Shown: in pieces, positions 26,483 through 39,240 of the stretch
Position numbering within the stretch: position 1 is the stretch's first letter
Layout of the letters: each line of letters begins with the position of its first letter
NCBI RefSeq assembly: GCF_006345805.1
Contig: NC_042999.1
Coordinates: forward strand, 104,718,001-104,782,000
DNA length: 64,000 nucleotides
Reading direction: 5' to 3'
DNA from: Octopus sinensis
Lineage: Eukaryota
Translations under genes and position numbers: made by a program
The notes under the pieces: generated by a model
Databases searched by the model: none
Told to the model about the DNA's origin: nothing
What the model saw: only the letters and a program-made list of their open reading frames with translations

Positions 26483-28695
26483 GTAAGTTTCATCAAAAAC
26501 ATAATAACTTTGTGTAGGTGGAGCTTCTGTCGATTTCGACGAACGAGTGATTCAGTTATTCAGCCAATGATTCTGCCAACTCCTAACATTAGAGTGTAAT
26601 TAGATGAGTATTATACAAACATTTCTATCCTGAATGTGATACATAATCACGTCTGAACTTTTGAATTACAAGAATAATACATCTGCTTGAGTTCTAAGCA
26701 GTTTCCATGTATATTTCACTAAAGCTGCTTGAGTCATCCCGACTTCATAGTGCAATGCATTGCAATCGAATCTAGCAAAATATGACTGTTAACGATCTAC
26801 TTTCGGCCGCCATGCCTGTGCCATTTTTCTGAGTTATGCAGAGGTGTATTCAACCTCCACGCAGATACAGAAGTACACAAATGATAGGCTCCACAAAAAT
26901 CTGCGATCTTCAGTCAAGGTCATACTCTTTCACTCTGAAATGTGAAATAAGTAATTTGTAAATGCTATACAACAACGTTATATCATATTCCACTCTTCAC
27001 AATGAAGATGTTCTTCGTATTAACTTTCCGGTCTTAAATGAGTTCATGTCCCAGCTTGTGTGAAGCAAAGATGAGTTATTCAGATAACACGCTTTTCCAG
27101 TATATTTTATGTTAGCCAATGGTTATAGCATCCTAGAATAGAGCAAACTTTGCGGAAGTAAAATATTTTGCTCAGTTTGATTTAAGGATCAAATCAATTT
27201 CCTTTAGGGGATCAATGACATTTTGAAATGGATCAACATTCCTTCAATGCCTCGATGCTGTCATAACACTTATGCATATTTCTCACACAGTAAAATAATC
27301 TGTGATTTCTTAGTGCCACAAAACTTTGCAACAATTACGGAATGTATTTTTTTAAATGTTGCTTTTGTTTAGCTCCTGACTGAGTAACACAATGATCAGG
27401 TACTCTAGTTGTGACCATGCGATTTTATTGAAACAGTGCATGTAGACGCGTTCCACTAGTGTACATTCAATCTTTTAGGCTTCCTATAATCTACATAATT
27501 TCATTATTCTTTCTCCTTTAAAGATACTTATGTGTTATTTGAGTGAAATGCATTTCTAATCTATGGAGTGAGCAAGCAGAGATCCCTTAATCGTGTATTT
27601 TTGATCAATTCTTAAAAGAAAATAATCCTGATGCGAATCGGGTTTGGCTGCATAAATTCTGAATTTAAATAGGCTCAGTGCGTTTCGTTGTATTCGTGTA
27701 CAAAGCATTAGTCAATAACACTTCAGTTATCTCCTTTGCTGCTTTATGCATCAGCACCGAGTTCACAGGTAGATTTTAAATAGTCGGCTCAAAAATTAAT
27801 CAAATCTCCATTAAATCATACTTGGCAATGTAATAGCCGATATAGAAAATTATGGATTAGTCATGATTAGAACACGCCTTTTATAATAAGTCTGTTCGAT
27901 CTGATGGAATACAACACCAAACAACAGTTCATAATTCATTAGAAGGTTACTTGTAAGAGACCAAAGGCACTTCACGAACGGAGGTCAGTTTCAGCCACAG
28001 TATAATAATTGATACATATCTTATTAGACGGAAAATGAACTCAATTTCAGTAGATAAAAATCTCATGATATAGGAATAAAACGTTAAAACTCTATAAACC
28101 TGTACTCAAATATTACGTATCTTGGACACATGCTAATATAACGCAGAATTTGAAATATCTTCAACCATCTCTAAAATATTTTATGTTAAAATAGTGTGCC
28201 AGGAGCAAATCAATATTTAATGTATCTTAAAGGTGTTGCATTAGGCCGGAAGATGTGATTAGTTACATCATAGACTCAGCTTAATTCAGCTAGCAATGGA
28301 GAATACCTTCACTGTACACTGCTTGTACGATACAATGCTAAATGAACCAAATATGGAGTTTTACTGCGGTCGTTAGGTAAGATTAAATATCAAGGAGGCC
28401 TCGCTTAAATGAAATCATTGTTTTCAGTAAGGAAGGTCACAATGGATAAGTAAGTTTCATATATCCCTAAAAATATAACCACGGTTGGAAAAGTTTTCCT
28501 TACAGATTATTTTCTCTAACACCGTTGATATGGGGCTGAGCAACACTAATAATAATAGTCACATGCTCTTACGTTCTTCATATAAAATGACTCATATTTA
28601 CGCCAACTCACATTTTTCGATTATATGACTAAATAACTGATTTCAACATTTATATAACCATATTATTTCCTTTATTTTTCTCTTTAAAAACACAG

Positions 28696-28801
28696 TCCTA
28701 CGGCAAAATGTGTCCATATAACAAGATATGCGTGATTCAGCACATACAAGTTCCACGAAAAATGTCCATACCTGTTTGCATCTTTAAAGTACAGAAACCA
28801 G
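28696..28801 (+). CDS. 106-nt coding exon (SYGKMCPYNKICVIQHIQVPRKMSIPVCIFKVQKP-V, phase 0 to 1), FOLN/EGF-like 4-Cys module
   Basis: Acceptor after a pyrimidine tract (...ctctttaaaaacacag), donor CCAG|gtaaac. 35 codons plus 1 nt exactly bridge the phase-0 exon upstream and the phase-1 Kunitz exon. Confidence 0.85.
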
Positions 28802-28949
28802 GTAAACTTATCGAATGAATATAATCGACAAAAGTTTTATTGCCAATTCAGCTTGTACCACTACTGAAACATACGAACACCACCACCTACAACAGAGAAA
28901 GTTGAGCAGAGAATCTGCTTCAAATCATGACAAAAGCTTGGCGATACCT

Positions 28950-29550
28950 GCTTAGAGGCCAACACAAAGTTTTCATAAAATTTTCATCGTTCTCGACACA
29001 GTCAAGGCAACTGAAACCCAAGTGTCTTTTTGGTCAGCTGAAACACGTCTCATACCCAAATCTTCAGTGATAATGGACTTAACTGAACCGCAGCTAATCT
29101 GCACATCCTCTGATAACTCACAGATGGTGATTTCTCCCTCACAGTTGCTCGCACATCTGCGATGTTTTTCTCAGATCTGCTGGCTGCGGGTCGCTCAGAA
29201 CGTTCGTTAATATCGACATTTTACGGCCATCTTGGAAACGTCTGATCCACTCATACACATGTGTGCTGCTCATACACTCCTCTCCATACACTTTGCAACT
29301 TTGCAACTTTGCGCAGGCTTCTGAGCTGGTATCGCCATGATAACTTTCTCTGTCGTGGTCAATGCGACGATCACACGCTACACACCTTCCTTCCAAGCAA
29401 TGCTGTAAACAGCGGAAGTGAGCTTGGACGTTAAAGCTTAGCGCACATGTACAGCAGAGCTCCATGTCAAATTTTGCCAAGCGGTTTTACTCTGAGTGCT
29501 TTAGCTTCGTTACTATGACAACAGTCCAGATACTTATTGATCAGACCACA
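28950..29550 (-). mobile_element. Mariner N-terminal relic in the intron before the Kunitz exon
   Basis: Frame-broken VYGEECMSSTHVYEWIRRFQDGR and ELSEDVQISCGSVKSIITEDLGMRRVS. Confidence 0.7.
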
Positions 29551-29552
29551 TA

Positions 29553-29587
<35 letters not shown>

Positions 29588-29718
29588 AGGAGAAGGATAG
29601 AGAGATACGTGCATATATATGTGGGTGTATTTGCATGCGTGTCTGTGCATCAGTGTGTGTCTATGTGTGTTTATGTGTACACATGAATTTCTCATATCTT
29701 TTTAATTTTCTCTTCCAG

Positions 29719-30425
29719 TTAACTCCGAGATTTGCAAACTTCCTCCTGACCATGGAAAATGTGGAGCACGATTTGTTCGCTGGTATTTCAACAGACACTC
29801 GCAACAATGCAGCTGGTTCCATTATAGTGGATGCTCTGGAAATCGGAACCGCTTCACCTCTAAAGAATCATGCGAAGATTTCTGCATTAGTCATAACAGT
29901 GCTCTCCAAATGGTACCACAAGAAATAAGAGCTAATCCTGTTAACGCTTTTAATAGCTACAATGATGCTGATGTTTATTTGAAGAAATATAATGATATCG
30001 AATCGGAATGGGATGGAGTCGAGGAGACGGGAAATGATACGTCACCGATGATGGCGAAATTAGCAAATAATCTTGTACTAACTGTTACTACAAACCCACT
30101 TGACACCTTACAACCGTTGAGCTGGTATAAAAAACGACGCTGCTTGAAATGGAAACGACAAAATAGGCGTCTTTGTACTAAAAAGAATTGGAAACATCGA
30201 AGTTACAAAAAGCAGCGAAAAAATCGTGTCAGTTTTCTTCGGAAAGAGACGAAGCCTTTGTCAGCACCCACATACGCCCATTCTCCGAGGGGGAGGAATT
30301 CTTCCCACAAAGGACGGTATAGGTACTTACCTAACCGTGCTAACGGTCACAAACTCTTCTCGATTCTGAAGCGACCATTCCACTTAAAAGTCAATCACCA
30401 TAAATTGAACCGAAGTAATACGTAA
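29719..30425 (+). CDS. Kunitz/BPTI domain exon with acidic linker and highly basic tail; probable last coding exon (TAA 30423-30425)
   Basis: Acceptor ttttctcttccag|TT AAC. Translation CKLPPDHGKCGARFVRWYFNRHSQQCSWFHYSGCSGNRNRFTSKESCEDFC (29733-29885) has C-x8-C-x15-C-x7-C-x12-C-x3-C spacing and the Kunitz signature F-x3-G-C-x6-F-x5-C. It is in frame with track ORF 29910..30425. Confidence 0.92.
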
Positions 30426-30597
30426 AATGCTCTTTGGTAGAAGGAAGAGTGAACATAAAAACACAGAAAAAAAACTGGTATAGACATTTTATATTCGAAA
30501 GCTATTAAGCAATGTAATTCGATACGTGTATGTATGTAATAGAATACTTTTTGTTTGTATTTATACATACAAAACATACTCATATACATCTATGCGC

Positions 30598-30722
<125 letters not shown>

Positions 30723-33116
30723 TATATGTGTGTGTGTATGTATGTACATGTATACATATATATGCATATATATATATGTGTGAATGTGTTTGTGCAATAT
30801 ATATGCAAATGTGTTAGACATTTTCTAGTTAGGATTGCCAGTTTCTCACCATAGATACATGTGAGCGTGCAAATGTATAAAACTACAATGAAAGTATATG
30901 TTTTTGACATTGGTGGTGTCAAACATTAATGTTTTGCGATAATAATGTATAAACTGACTGTTTTTTTTCTCTCTCACCCTTTTCTTGTACATCTCACGCA
31001 CACCATATACATGTTTATATGCGTGTAGAATATATTCACTTCCCCATCCCCTGAAACAATTTTGATCATGCAAATATATCCTGACACGCTCACACGTGAG
31101 TGCATGCAAGTTATAATCTTTTGTTATTTTTTTTTTGTTTTGAAATTTACACACTTTAATGCATTTTGTAACATGTGCAATTTAGCCTGCAGTAATATTT
31201 GTTTGTCATTAACATTGCACATAAACATAAAATTGTTATTTCGTTGATGTCGTCTAGTTATTTTTACATTGTTATTTTGTAATCGGTAAAAGTGTATGTA
31301 TGGCGTGTGCGTTTGTGTGTGTGGTGGGGTAGTCTCAAATGCAGAAGGTATAGAATCTCAACGAAATTTGTGAGGTCGAGTTCGATTTCTAGTACATATC
31401 TGATTTCGAAAATATTTATCCTTTTATCCTTTGACTTGTGTTGATTTGACTGCTGACATGCTGGAGCTCCGCCTTAAATTTACCTTTCAAGTATTTTCAG
31501 TTAATCGAGGTGACATGCTGCAAAGGGAGCAAAGGATAATCCAGTGGTTTGTATACAATTTGAAGCATCGACGCAACAGAATTCTGTCCATCCAACTAAA
31601 AGTATGTAGTATCATGTGCCATACTTTACCTTTCTAGGCAGCAGCTACAGCAACCGCAGTAACAGCAGCTACACCAGCAGGAACAGCAGTAACAGTGCAA
31701 AATTGGAGAGTAATTTATATTTTTCTTTTTGTAGTTATTTTTGTTGTGTAATCTCTGGCGACCTTGAGTAAGTAAGACAATGATCAGGTACTCTATCTCT
31801 GATTATGCGATCTTATTCAAACAACGCATCCAGGATAACATGAACCAGTTCATCCTTCCTTTTCATGAAGGTAATGTGAAATCTGAGGGAGATTGGGATG
31901 TTATTTCCAGCAGTTCAAACGACAACATAGAGGTGTTTTTGCTTTCATTGTCAAATATAGTTTATTCTCGTGAGAAGATTGCCAACGGTAGATTGTATCG
32001 ACGTCAGATTTTCAGATAGCGAAATCGAAGTGAATGATTTAACTAAACGGAAGCATAGATTACATCTAGGAACTTTGTGTGTGAGAACTGATTATTTAGT
32101 TGCAGTTCCTCGTTGTTTTAAACTATATGATGAACCAAGGCTTTCAGAGATACACTTACTGCCCCGGCAGTTTGTGCAGGATATGTATAAATCTAAAGGT
32201 TGCAAGAGTATTTTGACTACTTTATCAGACGATACTGTCATACATCCACATATATATCCAGCAATATCTATTACCGTGCTATACTCTGCATATCAGAAAA
32301 TGTTTTTAAGCCATCTAACTAATTTTATGAAAATAGGCTGCTAGAATATCATTCAATCCTTCTGCAAATGAGGACGTTGTGAGAAGTCTGCTGCGAGCCT
32401 TCTTCATGGCGCAAAGTAGGGGATACTACGAGATAAAGTAAGAGAGAGATTGAGAGGGGGAGAGAGAGGGGGAGAGAGAAAAAGATATATATACATATAT
32501 ATATAGAGAGAAATTGTCTGTAGTACTTGAACAGTTCTTTATCGACTCTGGAAGTTGAAAGCCATAGTTGACTGCAGTGTGTTTAGTCCTTTCTGGAACA
32601 AATACTGTAAAGCTTCTACTTGCCGATTCACGTCAAAACTCATAAAATTATACACATAATGTTAATGCTCAAACTGGAAGCACACAGCATATATCTTCGA
32701 AAATATATTTTATCAATAGATCATACATCCTTGTGAAGATAGCAGCCACATGCTTTAAAAGAAAACAACAATATATTAGTTGAACAAAGAATGTCTATAG
32801 CTCCCATACTACTAAAAAAACAGAAGTGTGGTATGCAGAAACATCAAACATATTTTGGCTCAATGGAACTATTGTCCTCACATAACAATGGAAGGAAGTA
32901 CGGGAACAAGATATCTGTGAGAATTTTTCCCTGGCAACACCTATAAAATAGCAGACGCATAACCACAGGACTTGGTGCACTTGATATGAAATTGAACTAT
33001 CTACACTTATGCATATTGTATTGTTAAAACAAGGATGTATACTGAATGTGTGATTTTGTGTGAATATCATATATCTTTAAATATATATATATAGATACTT
33101 TTGTATTTATATTTGT

Positions 33117-33155
<39 letters not shown>

Positions 33156-33486
33156 AATCGATACATAAATATATACATAGATATGCGTGTGTGTATGTGT
33201 GAGTGGTCGGCAAAGTTACTAAATAATACACTTATATTTACTTAACGACGTGTCGGTGGGATTGTTGCTCATTACACTTTTCATTTTTAGATATGTAGAA
33301 CTTTGCTTCGCCGCTATTCCTGTCAGTGGAATCTCTCACAACTTTAAACACTGCATTAATAACGCAATGCGTTACTCAGATAAGCAACATTGTAATATAT
33401 ATATATATATATATATTTACTGTTATATTTGGGGATGGTCATTTTGCCAATATATACACGAATTATTTATTTGATCTTCACTTTCA

Positions 33487-33489
<3 letters not shown>

Positions 33490-33566
<77 letters not shown>

Positions 33567-33609
33567 TATTATTATTATTATTATTATTATAATTATTATT
33601 ATTATTATT
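33490..33609. repeat. (TTA)n microsatellite
   Basis: Direct inspection. Similar tracts at 34856-34930, 35015-35087 and 35985-36037. Confidence 0.95.
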
Positions 33610-34854
33610 GCTTTATTCTCAGAACGTTCTGTCTTGTTTGTTCTGGTAGATTCTGTGAGAGCGGTCAGCAGCTTGCTGCCAGACGTCTCATAGGGTCTCT
33701 TTCTGCACATTATAAGCTTTGATACTTGGTTGTTAACTGTTGTGGGAGACATTCAACATCCAAGTACCAATCTCAAAATCCTAGCTGTTCCCAGCAGAAC
33801 AAATTTTGTGGTTGCTCTGTTCTCATGTCAATTTCGATTTCTCTGACATATTTCTCGAACTTGGATTTTAGTGCTCCGAGTGCCCCTACAACTACTGGAA
33901 TGATAGACACTCTCCTCATAGTCTACTTTCTTGCAATTTCATCTTTTACAAGTCTGTACTTTTCAATTTTTCTAGTTCTTTGTCACTCATGCGTACATCT
34001 CCAGGTATTGTAATATCTATGATCTTGGTTTCCTTTTTTCTTTTATCTGCCACAACAATATCTGGTCTGCGAGCCTCGCATAGGGAGTCACATTGGGTTA
34101 TAAAATCCCACAGTATCTTATGTTCCTTGTTCTCGGTAACTCCTGGTTCATGTTCGTACCATTTCCGTGCTCTGTTCACATAACCTCCATCGGAGGAACT
34201 TAGCTACGTTATCGTACTTCCTTTTGTAGAGCTTTTGGGCCAGCTGGCTACACTCATTCACAATAGGTGAGGTTGTTTCGTTTCTGCTGCTACACATCCT
34301 ACAAATGGGCGACTCTCTATTCTTGTCTATTTGGAACTTGGTGTAATTAGTTCTCAGAGCTTTTTCCCGGGAGCTGCATATCAATGCCTTAGTGCATCCT
34401 TTCAGATCACCTTTTCTTTGCCATCTCCAAGTGTCGATTTTGTCTTTTCCTTCGATTTCTCTGAGGTATTGCCCATACAGTGGATTCATTTTCCAGTTGT
34501 TTACCCTTACTTCTTCATCTTGTTTCTTAAATGTTTGTGGTGTATCATATTTTCGGTAGATATTGCATTGTAAACTCTAACAGCGGCAAGCAAGGATTCA
34601 CCCTGCTGTTTGATGTACCATATAAGACTGCTTTTCCCGTCGACAGCACAGATATTGCATCCTATGAGACCACTTCCTCCTCTGTTTCTAGGCACATACA
34701 GTCTGTCAGAATTGATGTAGGGGTGTTAATTTTCATCACTTTTCTAGTTTTCCTGTCCATTTTCTCAAGCTCGTTCTTTGTGAACCTTACAACACCAGCG
34801 CCATAGCGCATTAAGAAAAAAGCCAATGTGTTCATTGCCTGATTTTGTTTCTTC

Positions 34855-34855
<1 letters not shown>
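33610..34855 (-). mobile_element. 5'-truncated RLE-type (R4/Dong-like) non-LTR retrotransposon
   Basis: RYGAGVV, PRNRGGSGLIG, CRMC...ECSQLAQK (CCHC-like), KILWDF...RRPDIVV...IIDITIPGD, IIPVVVGALG. AATAAA lies next to the (TAA)n tail and both ends abut (TTA)n. Confidence 0.88.
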
Positions 34856-34930
<75 letters not shown>

Positions 34931-35053
34931 TATGTTGCTTATTTCCCATCTTTGCGCGAGTTTCACTGCAAAATTAATTATCTCTGCTCCTATGATTGAA
35001 AATAGCAATGGAAATTATTACTACTACTACTACTATTATTATTATTATTATTA

Positions 35054-35087
<34 letters not shown>

Positions 35088-35089
35088 CG

Positions 35090-35575
35090 ACTGTTCAATA
35101 TTTGGTAGACTGAGGCAAATTTCTACTGCATCACCTGCTACACCTCCGTGGTGCTAGGGGTGTGTGCAACATTGTGTGTTCTTTTCTGCTGTTGGGAGTG
35201 TGCGAACTCTTCCTGGAAATCTACTTGGGTTTGTCTATCATTACTTTAATCGAATTCGTCCTAAATGCTTGATCTTGTGCGGTTACTAACAAACTTTCTG
35301 TCTCCCTTTTCAGCTTTCATTTATGCAAACATAGTCATGTCTCACTACTACTAGTAGTTATCCTGCCAGTTATCTTTTGTTCCTTTTTCTGGTTTTTAAC
35401 TTTGTTTTGTATTTTGGTTTGCCTATGTTTTACTTTGACTCCAGCTGCTCTTAATAATTTTTCTTCACTATTACCAACATAGGAGTCTATATCTAGTCTC
35501 CATAAGAGTCTATATCTAGTCTAGCTAATTCCACGCAGTCTTCTACTGATATTAGTCCTCTTCTACCTTCCTTTC
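35090..35575 (-). mobile_element. Second RLE-type LINE fragment (RT C-terminal region)
   Basis: RKEGRRGLISVEDCVELARL and LKRETESLLVTAQDQAFRTNSIKVMIDK. Confidence 0.75.
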
Positions 35576-35593
35576 TCATCATCATCATCATGG

Positions 35594-35627
<34 letters not shown>

Positions 35628-35628
35628 T

Positions 35629-35667
<39 letters not shown>

Positions 35668-35714
35668 TTCTCTTCTTCTTCTTCTTCTTCTTCTTCTTCT
35701 TCTTCTTCTTCTTC
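35576..35714. repeat. Compound (CAT)n-(CTT)n microsatellite
   Basis: Direct inspection. Confidence 0.95.
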
Positions 35715-35972
35715 TGTAATCTTATTTTTATCACATGCTTTCACTGAACTACTGAGCGCAGCTCTGTGTGCTTTGTGTATGTGTTGTAGTTTGTTGTGAT
35801 GCTCTTATTTTTACTGTATTGAAAGTCTTTTAAGTAGGATGTGTGCGATGCTTAATAGTGCTATTTTCTGTATGCTATATATACTTGCTAGTCCTGTTTT
35901 TGTTATGTATTTGTTTGAATATTTTTTATCATACCTAACGCGCCTACTATGATAGGAATTGTTTGTTTTTAG

Positions 35973-35985
<13 letters not shown>
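35715..35985 (-). mobile_element. 3' end of another RLE-type LINE family with (GAA)n/(GAT)n tail
   Basis: TIPIIVGALGMIKK...IQKIALLSIAHILLKRLSIQ* plus a 3' UTR ending in triplet repeats; its 5' side abuts (TTA)n. Confidence 0.75.
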
Positions 35986-36019
<34 letters not shown>

Positions 36020-36638
36020 CATCATCATTATTATTATAATTTATTGTTTATTTGCCAAGAGTTCTTTCATCCCACATTCTGTGGTCGTTTCAATGACTAC
36101 CTTTTATTTGTCTGTGTGTTTCCTCTTTGCTCTGTCCTTTTCCTGTGTATTCCATCTTTTGTTTCTGTGGTATATTTCTCTATCTGCGCATGCTTTTGTG
36201 TCTTTTCCTCTGCATGTGTTTACGAGTTTAGCATGAGTATGCGTGCGTGTGTATGAGTTTGTATGTTACACTTTTGATTCCGTCTCTCTCATTTCTTTTG
36301 TTTGGCACTATTCTGTCTTCAGTCGTCAGGTTGCAGGATCGAGTGTGGTTGGCCTGTTAGTATTCTAATCTCGTTTGCCGTTGAGGCTCGTTTTACATTC
36401 TGTTACGTGTGTAGCTTCTGTAATCTGTCTGATAGTTGTATCCGTTCTATGTGTAGATAGGATCTTAACGTCAATGTTATCTATCAGCCCCTGCCACCAT
36501 TTTTATTCAGTCGAGAACACTTTTCTCTTCTTTGAATATTAAAAATATAGTGCATACGTCTATTGGCAAAATGACCGTCCCAATTATAACAGTGTATGTT
36601 TCAACACTTTCTCATCAAGAATCTTGCAAAATAAATAC

Positions 36639-36671
<33 letters not shown>

Positions 36672-36829
36672 CACGTGTTTACATAGATATATGGATGTAT
36701 GTATATGTATATATAACCACTATATCCAGCGTATTAATTTTTATTCCAGATAATTTCCAGATAATGTTTACACATACATGCATGCACGCATGGGTACATA
36801 CATACATATATACACATAAATGTATGTAC

Positions 36830-36924
<95 letters not shown>

Positions 36925-37349
36925 GTATATATGTATATATATATGTATATAATATATATATATATATACAGTCACTCTCTCTCAGACATACACATATCTA
37001 TATCCAGAATGAGGGAGAGAGAAAGAGAGAGAGAGGAAGAGAGAGAGGGGGAATATTTTAGCCAGGTCGAGCCATTACGGAGTATATAAAACCAGTGTCT
37101 TGAAACGTTGTAGCAATATATTTGGAATATTCAAGTTAAAGACGAAGAAGATCACAGAAAAAAATATCCACGTAAACTGATGTGTATAAGTGAAATTCCA
37201 AAGACAAGTATGCATAGTTTGTAGTTTGGGAGTGTAGTTTGTGACTTACATAATGTTGTAGTCAGAAGGAGCTGTAGTGTGTGTACGAAGAGGAATTAGG
37301 ATCTAGTTTTTTGATATCCAATGGCTGGAGGTGGTGGTAGCTGTACTAC

Positions 37350-38000
37350 CACAAGACATCGTTTATTTCTTGCCAGTTTTTAATTGTTCGTTAGTGTTTT
37401 ATTATGTGGATGGTTTCTTTGATACGCCATTAATCGATATTTCTGTCTTTGACCTTCGTCATGACGGTAGTGTTCGAGCATAAACGTTGTGCAGTTGTTT
37501 TTTTTATTCTAATACTTACGTGAATAAAATATGTTTTTGTATTCCTTTGTGTTAGGGATGAGTCGTGTAGCCGGTGTAACTTGTGCTGTATTTGCTACTA
37601 TGTATCTGACACACGATAGAATTTAGGAAAAAAATATGCATCCTTTCGGGATGGAAAAGTCAACCCACGTGTATAAAGTTCTGTTATCGGAGGTTTACTT
37701 CAATTAACATTTGTGTCCGCTGCCAATCTAGCCCTTTCTTAAGGATTTGTATTTCGCATAGATAAACGTGGTATACCTAGGAAATAAATGCTGCAAGAGT
37801 TTAATGTAATGTGATTTATTTTCAAATATTGCCATAAACTGTTTATTGTGAATGATCACGATTCGAGAAAATATCCTCATGCTGCTTCTGCTATACTAAG
37901 ATCCAATAACTAATCTGTATTTGATTGAAATTTACATGGTATGGATGGTCTTCAATTAATTTCATTTCATATTTTGGAGGTAGCAAACATCTACATAATG
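37350..38000 (-). mobile_element. Decayed Penelope-like endonuclease relic
   Basis: IVCQIHSSKYSTSYTGYT (GIY-YIG-like) and WRIKETIHIIK, with many stops. Confidence 0.4.
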
Positions 38001-38290
38001 CTATCTAGTAAATAAGTGTACAAGATATTTATGAAGAAGCGTATACATTATCAAGAAAATTGCCCAAAATATATGAATGTGATTGGTAAGATATAAAAGT
38101 AATTTAACATGTAGACTCCTACAAACTAAAACTATAATTTAGAACTAAAATATAGAAAACAACATTGATGAATTATACAAATAAATATTAATATTACAGC
38201 AGAATAAATTGGTAAAATATAATTGTTCCGGTAGATTGATGTACTCAGTTAGAGGTGAAAGGATGAACTGAGAATACATACATACATACA

Positions 38291-38323
<33 letters not shown>

Positions 38324-38589
38324 GTATATATAAACAAAACATTTGAAATAAGATGTCACTACTGTTAATATCATCTGTGGGAAAAATCAAATTGATGGTA
38401 TCAACATTAGTAACATAGGAGGTTCCACAAATGATATTAACTGTAGTGACATCTTATTTCAAACCTTAGTGTTTCAATGTTTTGTTTATAAATATTTCTG
38501 CATCATGTGCTGTGTTTTTGGCGCAAAACAAAACCGGAATATAACGGAATATAACGTGACCGTCTTGAATTTTTACTAGGTGGTCAGCA

Positions 38590-38635
38590 CTGAAGAGGCT
38601 CAGGGATTAAATTTCCAAAAGCCGAAACCCGGGTA
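38590..38635 (+). ncRNA. Hammerhead-like core (stem I decayed)
   Basis: CTGAAGA-GGCT...AGCC-GAAAC-CCGG-GTA: core, stem II, palindromic loop III and GUA are present, but the flanks do not form a good stem I. Confidence 0.5.
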
Positions 38636-38780
38636 TTTATTTCTCTGTTATCTTGATGCTTTACGGTGGTTTAATTAAGGATTTAACTCTTAATTCTAGC
38701 AGGTTGATGCTTTTCTGCATCCTTCGTGCTGATTTGTAATTTATATATATAGATATATAATCAAGATATCAGAAAGAAGT

Positions 38781-38936
38781 ATGGGGAATTATATCTGTAA
38801 AATCTGTTTATTGCAATATTATTCTTATTAAATTCACATTGAATTTCAATCCGACAAGTGTAGGAGTGGAATTTAATGTGAATTTAATTAGAATAATACT
38901 GTAATAAACAAAATTTAAAGACGTATAATTCTCCAT
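38781..38936. repeat. AT-rich inverted repeat (arms about 70 bp)
   Basis: ATGGGGAATTATA...AAATTCACATTGAATTTCA / TGGAATTTAATGTGAATTT...TATAATTCTCCAT. Confidence 0.85.
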
Positions 38937-39200
38937 TCTTTTTTATGACGTCATGATTTTACACTCTGTATTCTGTATGAAATCCATGGAAGCAAACTCA
39001 GAATTTACCTATTGAGTGAAGTACCGTGTAATTGTTCATCTTAAACAATCTTGTATGTTTCCTATCATTTGGTGTACGCACTTGCTAGTAACGTAGTTGC
39101 CCAGTTTCCAAATACATTCTTCTTAACGTTTTATATATAAATATTATTATTTATACATATACACACATACACAAATATAATTATATATATATATATATTA

Positions 39201-39240
<40 letters not shown>

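Noticed and set aside
27373-27399. AG...GT-bounded 27-nt segment in an intron of the Kunitz gene
   Set aside because: It contains TGA in the required frame, has a weak donor, and resembles a dispersed repeat also seen near 31775.
28325-28376. MLNEPNMEFYCGR followed by tag|gtaaga
   Set aside because: The frame ends in TAG at the donor, the other frames are closed, and there is no good acceptor.
31638-31709. 72-nt segment with good acceptor and GTAATT donor downstream of the Kunitz exon
   Set aside because: It is a degenerate (CAG)n-like repeat. In the phase offered by possible donors at 30317/30323 it stops after 7 codons. It cannot be excluded as an alternative last exon without RNA data.
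31970-32344. 124-codon open frame in unique sequence
   Set aside because: It has a non-ATG start, no recognisable motif and no convincing splice sites.
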